A DNA stretch of 64,000 bases. Origin: Eledone cirrhosa. Lineage: Eukaryota. Shown here piece after piece: positions 40,449 through 53,872 of this stretch. Location: contig OZ024740.1 of NCBI GenBank assembly GCA_964016885.1, forward strand, positions 307,396,001-307,460,000. The letters are read 5' to 3'. How positions within the stretch are numbered: position 1 is the first letter of the stretch; every line of letters starts with the position of its first letter. The notes beneath the pieces are model-generated. The model was given only the letters and a program-made list of their open reading frames with translations, was not told the DNA's origin and searched no databases. The position numbers were made by a program, and so were the translations under genes.

Positions 40449-43260
40449 TCAGGCCAATAATTCACCAGTGCAACAATATCCTCAAAGCAACAGCAAATGC
40501 GGTGAGGAAATTACTTGGTATAAAAGCGAGAGGAAACAACAAACAAGAAAGATCAGAGCCTTGATGGATGAAACGACTGAATGGTCAAATCAGGGAAATG
40601 AGAAATGACATTGGAAAGCTTGAGTCCCTACTGAATGGGACACTAAAAAACATAGACACTAAAAATAGACTGGAAATAAAGTACAAAACTAGGAGGAAAA
40701 AGCTAAATATTATCATAGAGGAACTGAAGCAACGCATTGTAGCAAAGAGTGCAAAAATTAGGCGATACGAGAGCAGAGTCAGTCAGTATAGACATAACCG
40801 CATATTTGACAACAACCAGAAGATGCTGTTTGGACAGCTTGAAGGGAAAGAAAGAGGCAACGACTTGATCCCTGAAGCGGAACAAACTAAGACATTCTGG
40901 AGAGGAATATGGGAGCAGGATGTTAAACATAATGACCAGGCAGTGTGGATTGAGACAGTACAAAAGGAGATTAGTGAACAGGCGCACCAACAAATTGATT
41001 TGAGTATCACAGTTGAAACTCTTAAGGGACAGGCCAAAATACTAACCAACTGGAAATCACCAGGCCCAGATGGTGTGCAGCGGTATTGGATTAAAAATAT
41101 AACATCCCTCCACCCGAAACTGACAACCATGTTCAATGACTGCTTGAGGTCAGGTGAGGTACCAGAGTGGTTGACAAAAGGTACCACAGTTCTGGTAATG
41201 AAAGACCGAATCAAGGGTAATGATGTTACCAACTATAGACCTATCACATGTCTGTCCGTAATGTGGAAACTGTTGACAAGCATTATGTCTGAGGAAATCT
41301 ACCATCACCTCCACACAAACAACTTGTTACCGGACGAACAGAAAGGATGCCGAAAGAAGTCCCGTGGTACAAAGGACCAGTTACTTATTGATAAGATGGT
41401 AATGAGGAATTGCAAGAGGAGACACACTGGTCTTGCCATGGGATGGATAGACTACAAAAAGGCATTTGACATGGTGCCTCATTCTTGGATCACCAAAAGC
41501 CTAGAGATCTTAAAGTGTGGCAGATAACATCAGACAGTTGTTGAGCAAACGTATGCAGTCCTGGAAAACAGAGTTAACATCAGCTGGAGAATCCTTGGGG
41601 GGCGTGAAGATCAAGAGAGGTATCTTCCAGGGAGATAGTCTGTCCCCTCTGTTGTTTGTCCTTGCCCTGATGTCTCTGACCATTATACTGCGAAAAGTGA
41701 GAGCAGGATACAAGTTGGGAAAGGGAGAGCTTACCATCAATCACCTCCTCTTCATGGACGATCTTAAGCTCTTCGGGAAGAGTGAGAAGGAGTTGGATGT
41801 GCTTGTTGACACTGTCCATATTTTCAGCAATGATATATGTATGCAATTTGGTATTAGTAAGTGTGGAGTCCTTGTGATGAAGAGGGGTAAATTGAGCAGA
41901 AGCAACGGAATCCAGGTACCAACAGGTGAGATGATAAAGGAAATTGACACTGAAGAAGGATACAAGTATTTGGGTGTTCTGGAGGCTGATGACATCAAGA
42001 ACAAAAAAATGAAGGAATTGATAAGATCTGAATATATTCGGAGAGTAAGGAGCGTATTAAAGTCACATCTGAACAGTAGGAATGCCATAAGTGCAGTAAA
42101 TTCCCGAGCTGTGTCTATTATTAGGTACAGTGCGGGAATTCTGAGATGGAATGTTGCTGAACAAAAAGAAATGGATAGGAAGACTAGGAAGCTGTTGACT
42201 ATCTACAACATGGTCCACAAGAGGAGTGATATCGATAGACTCTACTTAAGGAGATTTGAAGGTGGAAGAGGTCTTATCAGCATAGAGGACTGTGTTCAGA
42301 TGGAGAAAAACAACCTACACAAATACGTGACTGATAGTAAGGAGCCAATGCTCAGAACTGTACTGAAGGAGAGGACAATAGACCAGGGGATGTCCAAGGA
42401 GGAAATAACAACAAGGAGAAAGAGCAGCCTTCATGAAAAATCCCTTCATAGTACCTTCTTTGAGAAAACTGAATTCAGAGATCCACAGACATGGAACTGG
42501 TTGAAAAGAGGAGACCTTAAAAAGGCTACAGAAGGAATGTTAATGGCTGCGCAAGAGCAGGCCCTCAAAATGAAGTGGTTGAAACACCATATTTACAAGG
42601 AGGAGGCTAGCCCACTGTGCAGGATCTGTGGAGAGAGAGACGAGACTGTGGCTCACATTGTATCCGAGTGTAAACACCTAGCCCAGACTCACTATAAGGG
42701 CTGGAGACATGATGTAATGGGCAGGGTGATCCACTGGCGCCTATGCAAAATAAACAATTTACCACATTCTGAGAAGTGGTATGAGCATAAGCCAGAGTCG
42801 GTGATAGAAAACGATCAGGTGAAGGTGCTGTGGGATTTTAGGATACAGACGGACAAGAAACACAATAGACCTGACCTGGTGGTTTTGGACAAGGAAAAAA
42901 GATCGTGCCTGATTGTGGATATGGCCTGCCCATTCGACACGAGAGTGCAAGAGAAGGAGAGGGAGAAAATTAACCGATACCAGGACTTAAAGTGGGAGGT
43001 AAAAAGGATTTGGAACTGCCATGAAGTCAAAGTGGTCCCGATTGTCATAGGCGCACTAGGTACTATCTCAAAATGTTTCCAGGGATGGTTAAAGAAAATT
43101 GGCCCCGCCACGCTTTTTGGAACGCTTCAAAAGGCATGCTTGCTGGGAACAGCAAGAACCCTCCGATACGTCCTGAATATCTGAGGCTGCAGGTAGTGGC
43201 TTGATATTCATTTCAACAAACTTTCCAGTTAACTAACATCAATGACTGAGACTCAAAGAA
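40449..43260 (+). mobile_element. R4/Dong-like REL non-LTR retrotransposon, 5'-truncated, one frameshift (~41515)
   Basis: RT: WKSPGPDG, NYRPITCL, IDYKKAFD, GIFQGDSLSPLLF, FMDD; zinc knuckle CRICGERDETVAHIVSEC; REL RPDLVVLD...IVDMACP; flanked by (AAT)n. Confidence 0.93.
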
Positions 43261-43288
43261 CAATAATGATAATAATATTAATAATAAT

Positions 43289-45021
43289 GATAACATCAGA
43301 CAGTTGTTGAGCAAACGTATGAAGTCCTGGAAAACAGAGTTAACATCAGCTGGAGAATCCTTGGGAGGCGTGAAGATCAAGAGAGGTATCTTCCAGGGAG
43401 ATAGTCTGTCCCCTCTGTTGTTTGTCCTTGCCCTGATGCCCCTGACCATTATACTGCGGAAAGTGAGAGCAGGATACAAGTTGGGAAAGGGAGAGCTTAC
43501 CATCGACCACCTCCTCTTCATGGACGATCTTAAGCTCTTCGGGAAGAGTGAGAAGGAGTTGGATGTGCTTGTTGACACTGTCCGTATTTTCAGCAATGAT
43601 ATATGTATGCAATTTGGTATTAGTAAGTGTGGAGTCCTTGTGTTGAAGAGGGGTAAATTAAGCAGAAGCAACAGAAGCCAGGTACCAACAGGTGAGATGA
43701 TAAAGGAAATTGACACTGAAGAAGGATACAAGTATTTGGGTGTTCTGGAGGCTGATGACATCAAGAACAAAAAAATGAAGGAATTGATAAGATCCGAATA
43801 CATTCGGAGAGTAAGGAGCGTATTAAAGTCACATCTGAACAGTAGGAATGCCATAAGTGTAGTAAATTCCCGAGCTGTGTCTATTATTAGGTACAGTGCG
43901 GGAATTCTGAGATGGAATGTTGCTGAACAAAAAGAAATGGATAGGAAGACTAGGAAGCTGTTGACTATCTACAACATGTTCCACAAGAGGAGTGATGTCG
44001 ATAGACTCTACTTAAGGAGATCTGAAGGTGGAAGAGGTCTTATCAGCATAGAGGACTGTGTTCAGATGGAGAAAAACAACTTACACAAATACGTGACCGA
44101 TAGTAAGGAGCCAATGCTCAGAACTGTACTGAAGGAGAGGACAATAGACCAGGGGATGTCCAAGGAGGAAATAACAACAAGGAGAAAGAGCAACCTTCGT
44201 GAAAAATCCCTTCATAGTACCTTCTTTGAGAAAACGGAATTCAGAGATCCACAGACATGGAACTGGTTGAAAAGAGGAGACCTTAAAAAGGCTACAAAAG
44301 GAATGCTAATGGCTGCGCAAGAGCAGGCCCTCAAAACGAAGTGGCTGAAACACCATATTTACAAGGAGGAGGCTAGCCTACTGTGCATGATCTGTGGAGA
44401 GAGAGGAGACTGTGGCTCACATTGTATCCGAGTGTAAACACCTAGCCCAGACTCACTATAAGGGCTGGAGACATGATGTGATGGGCAGGGTGATCCACTG
44501 GCACCTATGCAAAGTAAACAATTTACCACATTCTGAGAAGTGGTATGAGCATAAGCCAGAGGCGGTGATAGAAAACGATCAGGTGAAGGTGCTGTGGGAT
44601 TTTAGGATACAGACGGACAAGAAACACAATAGACCTGACCTGGTGGTTTTGGACAAGGAAAAAAGATCGTGCCTGATTGTGGATATGGCCTGCCCATTCG
44701 ACACGAGAGTGCAAGAGAAGGAGAGGGAGAAAATTAACCGATACCAGGACTTAAAGTGGGAGGTAAAAAGGATTTGGAACTGCCATGAAGTCAAAGTGGT
44801 CCCGATTGTCATAGGCGCACTAGGTACTATCTCAAGGAGTTTCCAGGGTTGGTTAAAGAAAATTGGTCCCGCCCCGCTTTTTGGAACACTTCAAAAGCAT
44901 GCTTGCTGGGAACAGCAAGAACCCTCCGATACGTCCTGAATATCTGAGGCTGCAGGTAGTGGCTTGATATTCATTTCAACAAACTTTCCAGTTAACTAAC
45001 ATCAATGACTGAGATTCAAAG
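43289..45021 (+). mobile_element. Second, more truncated tandem copy of the R4/Dong-like element
   Basis: Near-identical to 41523-43260; frameshift ~44400; ends in (AAT)n 45022-45042. Confidence 0.93.
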
Positions 45022-45044
45022 AATAATAATAATAATAATAATGT

Positions 45045-45120
45045 TTTTTGGTTTAGGCACAAGGCTAGCAATTTTTGGGGAGCGGAATTCACTTAAATCG
45101 ACCCCAGTGCGTGACTGGTA
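45045..45120 (-). mobile_element. SINE 3' fragment
   Basis: ttaggcacaaggctagcaatttttgggg...gactggtac. Confidence 0.7.
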
Positions 45121-45397
45121 CAACCTTGGGTTACGCCATGTTTAAAATGCCCAAGATATGCTGTATATCTCGACGGCGCCCATACGACTCCATCAAGTGT
45201 CACGAGTCCATATTTACATTCATAGATTCGAGAATCTACAAGTCTCAGGAGCTATCGATTCCAGAGTCGAGCCCAATGACTACCGATCGTACCTTGAGTT
45301 GATCGCTGGTGAAACGCACGCCACGTATGAATAAACATAATGGTGTTATATTGATAATTCTTTCGGGTTTTTTTATCATTATTATTAACACTGCCAT

Positions 45398-45808
45398 GGC
45401 GGTGGATTGGCAGTATCGATAGAAGGTCTGACGCCATGCTTTGCAGTATAGTTACGGCCCTTTATGATCTGAGTTCAAATCCGTCGAGGTTAACTTTGCT
45501 TTTCATCCTTATGAAGTCGATAAAATACGGTACCAGTGGTGCACTGGGGTAATCGCTGGCCTTGTGTCAAAAGTAGAAACTCTAGGGCGGTGGATTGGCA
45601 GTATCGGTAGAAGGTCGGAAGCCATTCTTTGCAGCATAGAGTTACGGCCCTTTATGATCTATGTTCAAATTCCGCCGAGGTTAACTTTGCCTTTCATCCT
45701 TACGGGGTCGATAAAATAAAGTACCAGTCACGCACTGGAGTCGATTTAATCGACTTTCCCCTCCCCCAAAATTGCTGGCCTTGTGCCTATATAAGAAACC
45801 GTTATTAT
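45398..45808 (+). mobile_element. Two tandem tRNA-derived SINEs (45398-45580, 45585-45808)
   Basis: Each starts ggcggtggattggcagtatcg and carries a GTTCAAAT B box. Confidence 0.88.
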
Positions 45809-45960
45809 TAACATTACTTCTTTAAGATACCGACTATGGTGAACTACCAAACGTAGAATCCCACATCGGTAGCCGGACCCAAATATTAGCATTGGGTGTT
45901 CAGACTGGTGCAAGTACTTAGCCGAACAGGGCCTTGCTTGTCTAAACTGGTAACTCCCAC

Positions 45961-46144
<184 letters not shown>

Positions 46145-49100
46145 TGGGATGGACACGTGTTAAACTTGCTCGGTAAGTTTTGTTTAAATTTCCTTAGAAA
46201 TTCATCATTGTGAACTTTTAATTTTATACCAAATTGTAGAGGGACTGACAGGTCAAATTTTGATCTGGTCAGTCCTCCAAAATATAGTGCCCCTCAGGGT
46301 AAAAACATCCAAAACATCTTTAAAAAAAAAATTTCTTGCAAAACCACATTTTAAAAAAAATGGCCGAAGCACCTACTTCTTTGCCAAAACAAGAAGACGG
46401 GAAGGGAAAGCCATGCCCACTTGACCAGCAGGTAGTAGCAGACATGAACAAAGAAAGGCCAACTTCATCGCCTCAGCATCTAGCTGCTGGCAAACAACTG
46501 AACACGCCTGACGTCACAAACGTCACAAGTATCCACACACCAAACGAGAAAGACAACAACAACAAAAATGAAAACAACTCAAACGACGAGAAACAAAACA
46601 ATACAAACACCAACAACGAAAACAAAATATCTTTTGCACAAACGGCTAAATTATCAATCACATATGTGCTTGAAGATATTTCAAAAGCCAAAGAAATGCT
46701 GGAAAAAGCCAAAAAATATGTATCTTTTGGCGAAAACGGTTCTTTTTCTATAAATTCGCCTCCAGAACTAAAAAAAACAGACGGAATTACGAACTGTCGT
46801 ATTCCGTACAATTTCAAATAAGACAAAAAAACCAGCACAATCATCTCAAGCTGAAATTCAGTTAGTACTGAAAGAAGCGATGAAAGATATCACTTTCATA
46901 CAAAAGGATAAACTCTATGGGAGTTTATCCATATTGATGAAAGACGAATTGGCGGCGAAAAAATACTCTGTCGCCAATTCGTTCCACACACTACACCTTC
47001 TTCCCCACCTACATGGGTAAAAAAACCCAGAGAATATGGATAACCACCATCACCCCAAACATAAACTACTGGTGGTTACTGACCGGTTTCCTCATATCAA
47101 TAGGGAAGGCATCCGGCGACGCGTTCAGTGGAACGAGTATCGAAGTTCTGACACAAATAAGGCCAGAACGTATCGCCCAAATCCCTGAGCGCGTCATGCT
47201 GGATGACCGTACCCACCTCAACATTATTGTGGAGGGTAGGCGTCCCTCCTGTTACCTCTGTGGCAATAGAGGTCACCTGCAGGCTGCCTGTCCCCAGCTC
47301 ATACAGAAAAAAACACTGCTACCAACACCAACACCACCCCAACAACAACAAAAACAACCACAACAACAACAAAAAACAACAACACCACCACTACCACAAC
47401 AACAACAAGAAAAACAACAACAAACACGTGAAAAAACAACACAGAATACTGTCCCACCCAACCCCTCCTCACTCAAAACAAATACAAAAACACACACACC
47501 GCAAACACTACCAGAAAACATACCCCTCCCACCCAACAAGGAAGACGAACCCCTTTCGTCGCACGAGGAAAAAGATCCCTTCCAAACAGTAAAAAGAAAG
47601 AAGAGGAGGCGCACCACAGACACACTTGTTAACATTAACCCTCCCCAAGAGAACACAAACTATATACAAACCACCCCTCCCCGTCACACAACACTAACTG
47701 CTACACAAAAAAAGACTTTACAATATACATACATGAACACAGACAACAAAGAACTACTGAAAACAATTTCATCAAACCCTTCGGTCCAAACTGAAGGGCC
47801 TAACTTTATAACTGCTGTGGGACTACCTCATTTAAAAATGATTAAAGTCCCAATGAACTTTTATAAAACATTGAAAATAAATTTCACGGAGGACGTGCCC
47901 CCCCCCCCCCTGCGCCAAGCCAATCAACCGCGTCCTCCTAAAAAATTTCACGCCTCCCCACCCAGACACCCACTCAACCACAAACGCCCCAACCCCACAA
48001 CACACTGATGCCCCTTCACTTCCACAAACCACCACTCCACCCAACAACCCATCCCCAACCAGCATGGAAATTGAGCGGCCCGCTTCCTGGGACGCAGAGA
48101 GGTAAGTGCCTTTTCTCCTTACCACCAACATGGCTGTGCTAAGAGTAGGGTGTCTAAATACGCGTGGCCTGGGCTCATCTTGGAAGCAAGCAATGCTTCT
48201 AAATGATCTCAGGTCACGATCTATAAATGTGATGGTTATCTGCGAGGCCCGGATCAGCAGCATGCAACAGCTAGCCCCCACCTTTGACGACTTTGAGATG
48301 CACGCATCTCTCTGTCAGCCCGGTGGTGGGGGTGGGGTTGTTGTTCTGCTGCAAAAACATCTGGGTCTTGCAACACAGATAGTTCACTTGGACCCAGGGG
48401 GTCGACTGGTGGTGCTGGACCTTGGCAGTGGTGAAGGTGGAGCCTTTAGGCTGGTAGCCGCATATGCCCCTTTTGGGACAGAGCGGCCCGACTTTTTCCA
48501 GCGTCTGGAGTCTTTTCTAGGGACGTCCCGTTCCCTGCTTTTAGTGGGGGACTGGAATGGTATCCTGGATGCACGTTGGGACTATGCAGGGGCATGTCCC
48601 GATAGAGAGGGGTGCAACAGCCTCAAGGGGTTACTCGGCCGATTTGACCTGGCCGATAGATTTCGACTAGATTTTCCGACGGTGCCAATCTGGTCTTGGT
48701 CAAATCGCAGCGGATTATCTAGGTCGTACCTAGATAGGTTTTTAGTTAGAAATAAGGACAGAGACTTTTTAAGTTGTCCAGAAATGCTCATGGTTGGCTA
48801 TTCAGACCACAAGTTGGTGACCTGGATGGTCAACCTTCATAGAACGCATAGACAGGGCGCCGGTTAATGGAAGCTCAACTTGTCCTTGCCGGCAAGTAGA
48901 GCTTACAGGGATCGGATTAGTACGTTAGTTAAGGAACGGTTGACTGGAGCGATCGTCAACAGCAGGTGGTGGGGATCTCTAAAGAGAGAGATTAGAGTAG
49001 TCTCGATAGAATTTAGTAAGGTTCTAGCTGCGGATAGGAATAGGAAGGAAAGGGAGCTAATAGATAGAGTAGAAGAGGTAATTATAAGCGGCGACGTGGC

Positions 49101-51811
49101 CAGAGTACTAGCGTCGAGAACAGCTTTGAGCCAGTTTTTCGACGCGAAGCACGAAGGCTGCGTTGTCCGAAGTAAAATACGTGCTCTAGGGAACGAGGGG
49201 ACCAAAGTTGTTAGCTGGGCCCGCGTGATAGAGGCCAAGAGTGGAACTAAATCCACCATCCGGTCTTTGCGAGACCAGGATGGACGGGCGATCCTTGAGC
49301 CTAAGCAGATGTGTGAGTCCTTTCAAAGGCACTTTTCCCGACTGTTCGGAAGGGGCGGGGAGCCGGTTGGGGATGTGGACTTCGGTCCATACCTCGACGG
49401 CCTGCCGCGTCTCTCGGACAGGGAGGCGAAGTCCTGCGTGGAGCCGATTTCGGCTGCTGAGATAGAGGACGTGCTGAGCCAATGCGACAAACGCAAATCC
49501 CCGGGTCTCGATGGTCTTCCATACGAACTATATCTAGCTATGCCGGACTTGTTCCCCGATCTCCTTGAGGCGGTCTACTGCAATTAGCAACAGAACGGGA
49601 GAATTCCCTGTGCTGTGACCAAGGGAGTAGTCACGCTAGTGAAGAATGACGAGAACAAGGGGGACGAAATAAGTAACTTCAGGCCCATAACTCTGCTAAA
49701 TACAGAGTTACAGATTTTGGCCAAGGTGCTAGCAAAGAGGTTGGCGCTTGTTGTGGGCAACCTGGTGGGAGATGCGCAGACATGTGCTATCCCGTCCAGG
49801 TCCATCCATGACAACCTCCACCTCATGCGATACATCATAGAGAGGGTTGGGAACGAACCCGGCTTTGGTGGGGCTCTGATCAACTTGGATCAATCTAAGG
49901 CGTTCGATAGGGTCGACCATGGTTACCTGGATGCGGTGCTAGCGGCGGCAGGCTTCGGACCCGTTTTCAGGGGCTGGATCACTGCCATGCACAGCAGCCG
50001 CATCTGCTCTAGGGTCAAGGTGAACGGCTACCTCTCGGAGCCGTTCGAAATCGCGCGGTCCATCCGACAAGGGTGCCCTCTCTCCTCCCTTCTGTATGTG
50101 TTGACTCTCGAGCCACTACTGCGGAAGTTGGAGTTGTTGCAGGGCATCCCTTTGGAACCGGGATTGCGGAAAGCGGTGTCGGCCTACGCCGATGACGTGA
50201 CAGTAATGGTGTCGACGGCCTCCGAAATCGGGGCGATCGGCACCTTACTGGAGGAGTACGAAAGGTTCACAGGGGCTAAGCTGAACCGGGACAAGTCGAT
50301 CGGTTTGCAACTCGGCACGTGGAGGGGCAAACCGATGCCCTCTGATGGCGTCGTCGGATGCTGGACGGAGGGCCCGGTGAAGTTGCTCGGGGTCTGGTTC
50401 GGGCCAGACCTCCAGGTGGAGAAGAACTGGGCGGAGGTTACGAACAGGGTGTTTGCACTGACCCAGAAGTGGGCCAGTTACAAACTATCCCTGAAAGGTC
50501 GGGCGGAGGTGGCGAACACTTATATAGCATCCGTCATCTACTACCGCCTGACCGTCGTGCCTTGCCCAAGGGAAACCCTCGCCAAGATGGAGCGCGCGCT
50601 CTTCCAATTCCTTTGGAAGAGGCGGGCTCCCTTGGTGAGAAGATCCATCTGCTGTCAACACCCTTCGAAAGGAGGGCTGGGGATGCCGTGGCTAATGATG
50701 CGTAAACACGCATTAAGGCTACGGCACCTCCACGTATTCCTCACCGGTCAACCGGTGTGGGCCTCGTTTGTGAGACGAACCTTTCCCAGACTCGTCTCAC
50801 TCACCGAGCTGCAATCCTGGGTGGGCACCTGGCACACTAAGTGTGCCCAGGCGCTCACCGCCCTCTGGCAGGCGGATCCGGTTATCAGTGGAGACTCCAC
50901 CGCAACATTCTATAGAGGGCTGGTACGCAGCAGGTGCGACGACGTCCTCGGAGAAGCCCTAGACTTGGAGGAAGACGAACTGGCCAGCCTGTTCGGTAGG
51001 ACATTCAGCCCGAGACCTATGGACAACTTCCAGAAGTCCCTGGCCTGGCAGTGCTACCGAGGGGCTCTACCCGTTCGAGAAAAGCTCTACAGACACGGGC
51101 GCCCGGGTAGGGACCCCGCCAAAAAGATCTGTCCCAGATGCGTGTGCGACGAGGAAACCGTTGCACACGCATTGGTACACTGCTCGGGCGTAGCCGATCT
51201 GTGGGGCTATGTCGAACAACTGCTGTCAAGGGTGGGACCGATCCGGTTGACCACCGAGTCTATTGTAATGATCAAGCCGCCTTCCCCCTTCAAAAATGAA
51301 GGAGAGGCGGTGTTTCTGTGCGTAATAGCCATGGTGAAAGAGGTTGTATGGTGGACGCGTCTGAAAGGACCGAGGTCAGGCACCTTTCTCTCTGGCCAAC
51401 AACTGGTCCGTTTCTTCCGATATCATTTCGGAAGAAGGATCAGGATGGAGAGAGAGGTGCTCCACCCCAGTCGTTTTTATGAAAGGTGGGTGAAAGTGGC
51501 GAGAATGGCCCGTGTGAATGGGCCTTCTCTTTACATAAGCCTGTAGGTGGAAAAGAGGAAGGAACGAGGGAGCACCCCCTCTCTGTGCTCCTAAGGAGAA
51601 GGGTTGCACACTTTTTTCGGGGGTGTGTGCGACCCCCCAAGGCGTCTCCTCTCTATTGAGGATTTTGTTATAAATTTTATTTTGTTATATTCTATATTTT
51701 ATATTTTTATATTTTGTTATTGCCTCCTCCTTATTGAGGACGCCTTGTTTTGTAAACTCCCCCCTTTGTACTTGTCCCACTTGTGATGCCCTGGTGGCAA
51801 ATAAAAGAAAC
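46145..51811 (+). mobile_element. Tx1/L1-clade retrotransposon copy A, full length, disrupted
   Basis: ORF1 ~46360-48105 (CYLCGNRGHLQAAC); ORF2 48130-51546 with stops at 48865 and 49585; AATAAA then (ATCT)n. Confidence 0.92.
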
Positions 51812-52035
51812 ATATCTATCTATCTATCTATCTTGATAGAGTAAGACACGCTTCGCATCGGCTCCGCTATTCCATCGGGATTTACCCTTACTATTGTAAG
51901 TACCGGATAAATTTTTTAGTGCAACACATTTGGAACACTAACCCCTGTTATTTAGGGAAACATTTTTGCATTTACCCCCTTTTTAGGGGGTAAAATAAAT
52001 ATCTATTTTTGCCGAAAAATTTCTTTCTTGGCAGC

Positions 52036-53872
52036 ATGGCGGAAAAGATGGCAGACATGTCTGCCATTAGCTCTGCCACGCCCCCCAAGTCTGAAGAACA
52101 AAAAATAATTACAACAAAATTAGACATTGAAACAAACAAACAAAATGAAAAAACAAATGTTAAGGAAAATGAGCAAACAGAAAACAAACAAACAGAAAAT
52201 AATACAAATAACGACAGGGCAACTTTCGCCCAGAAAACAAAACAATCCATTACATACACACCAATTGACCTAACTGCCGCCAGAGAAAAACTGGCCGAAG
52301 CAAAGAAACACATTGTTTTGGGGGAGAACGGAATGTTTTCCATTAACTCCCCCCCAGAATTCAAGAAAGCCAGAGCAGAAAACACAGTTCTATACAGAAC
52401 TATACTGAACCAGACAAGAAAGCCAGCACAGCCCAGCCAAATGGAAATAGAGTTAGTCCTAAAAGACTATATGAAGAATATTCTCTTCATACGAAAGGAC
52501 CGACTCTATGGCAGCATTTCGGTCCTAACAAGAGACAAAGAAACGGCGGAGAAGCTTTCCCTAAGCCCACTCTCGTCGACAACATATAGCTTCTATCCCT
52601 CCTACATGGGTAGAAGAACACAGAGAGTAAAAGTAAAAACAATGCTGCCCACAATGGACTTCTGGTGGGCTATTGCTGGCTTCATTGATATGGGCGAAGA
52701 CACTATGCTGTCAATGGGGAAGGCAACTGGAGATGCGTTCCTGGGAATGGGCCTCGACATACTAGTCCAAATGAGGCCCGAAAGAATAGCACAAATCCCG
52801 GATCGCATCTGGCTGGATGACCTTACCCCAATAGACATAATTGTAGAGGGGAGAAGACCAGCATGCTATTTATGCATGGAAAGGGGACACGTTAAGGCTA
52901 ACTGCCCGAAACGTATCCCCCAAAAAGGACTATTGCCCACACCCACCACAAACAGTACACCAGCACCACCCACCTCCAAAAATACACTAATACCACACAC
53001 AGCAAACAAAATACAGACACCACCAACCACAAACACAACACAAACATCACCACCACCAGCACCAAACACAAGCACGACACAAAAATCACCACCACCAACC
53101 ACAACACAAACATCACCACCACCATCACCAACCACAAGCACGACACAAACATTACCACCACCACCACCACAAAACCCATTCCAAACAAATAATAAAAAAA
53201 ACAGTAACAAATCTACCCCTCCCGCAAAAAAAAAAACAACCACACAACACGTCCCTCCCACCTAGCGCTGAAGAGTTTCCCCCAACTTCTGAAGAAGAAG
53301 GAGGAGAAGCCTTCAGACAAGTTAAAAGAAAAAAAAGAAAACACACACCCAGCACACCACAAATAACCCACACACAAACACCAACTCCAATCAAAAACAC
53401 CCCACCCTCAACAAACAAAAATAAATCTGCGCCTCCCCTCTCCGAAACATTGACAGCATCACAAAAAAAGACGTTGCAATACACATATATAAATAAAGAA
53501 AACAAAAAACTGGTTAAATTAATAAACAATAACCCTATGGTGCAGACCGAAGGGCCAAACTTTATCTCAACAGAGAACTTCACCCATTTAAAAATGATAA
53601 AGGTCCCTCTGGACCTTTATCGTTCCTTAAAAGAACAATTTAGACGGGACGTGAGCCCCCCCTGTTTAAAACCGTTGAATCGCGTCCTCTTGAAAGATTT
53701 CCCCATAACCGCCCCTCTCCCTGACACAACTCCAAATACCCCAACCCCACCACACACGTGTACCCCCACACCACCACAAAACATCCCTCCACCCAACACA
53801 CCTGATGCCATGGAAATTACGCAACCCGGAGAGGTAAGTGCTTTTCTTTCTTCACTTTCAACACCAAAATAG
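52036..53872 (+). CDS. Tx1 ORF1 gag-like protein, one apparent frameshift (A run ~53226-53236)
   Basis: CCHC knuckle CYLCMERGHVKANC, P/T-rich linker, basic VKRKKRK, C-terminal domain conserved with copies A and C (VQTEGPNF...HLKMIKVP). Confidence 0.8.

Noticed and set aside
53834-53872. 39-nt GT-AG intron fusing ORF1 to ORF2
   Set aside because: Splicing gives GAG-ATC-AAT-TGA, out of frame with ORF2; the acceptor is absent in copies A and C.
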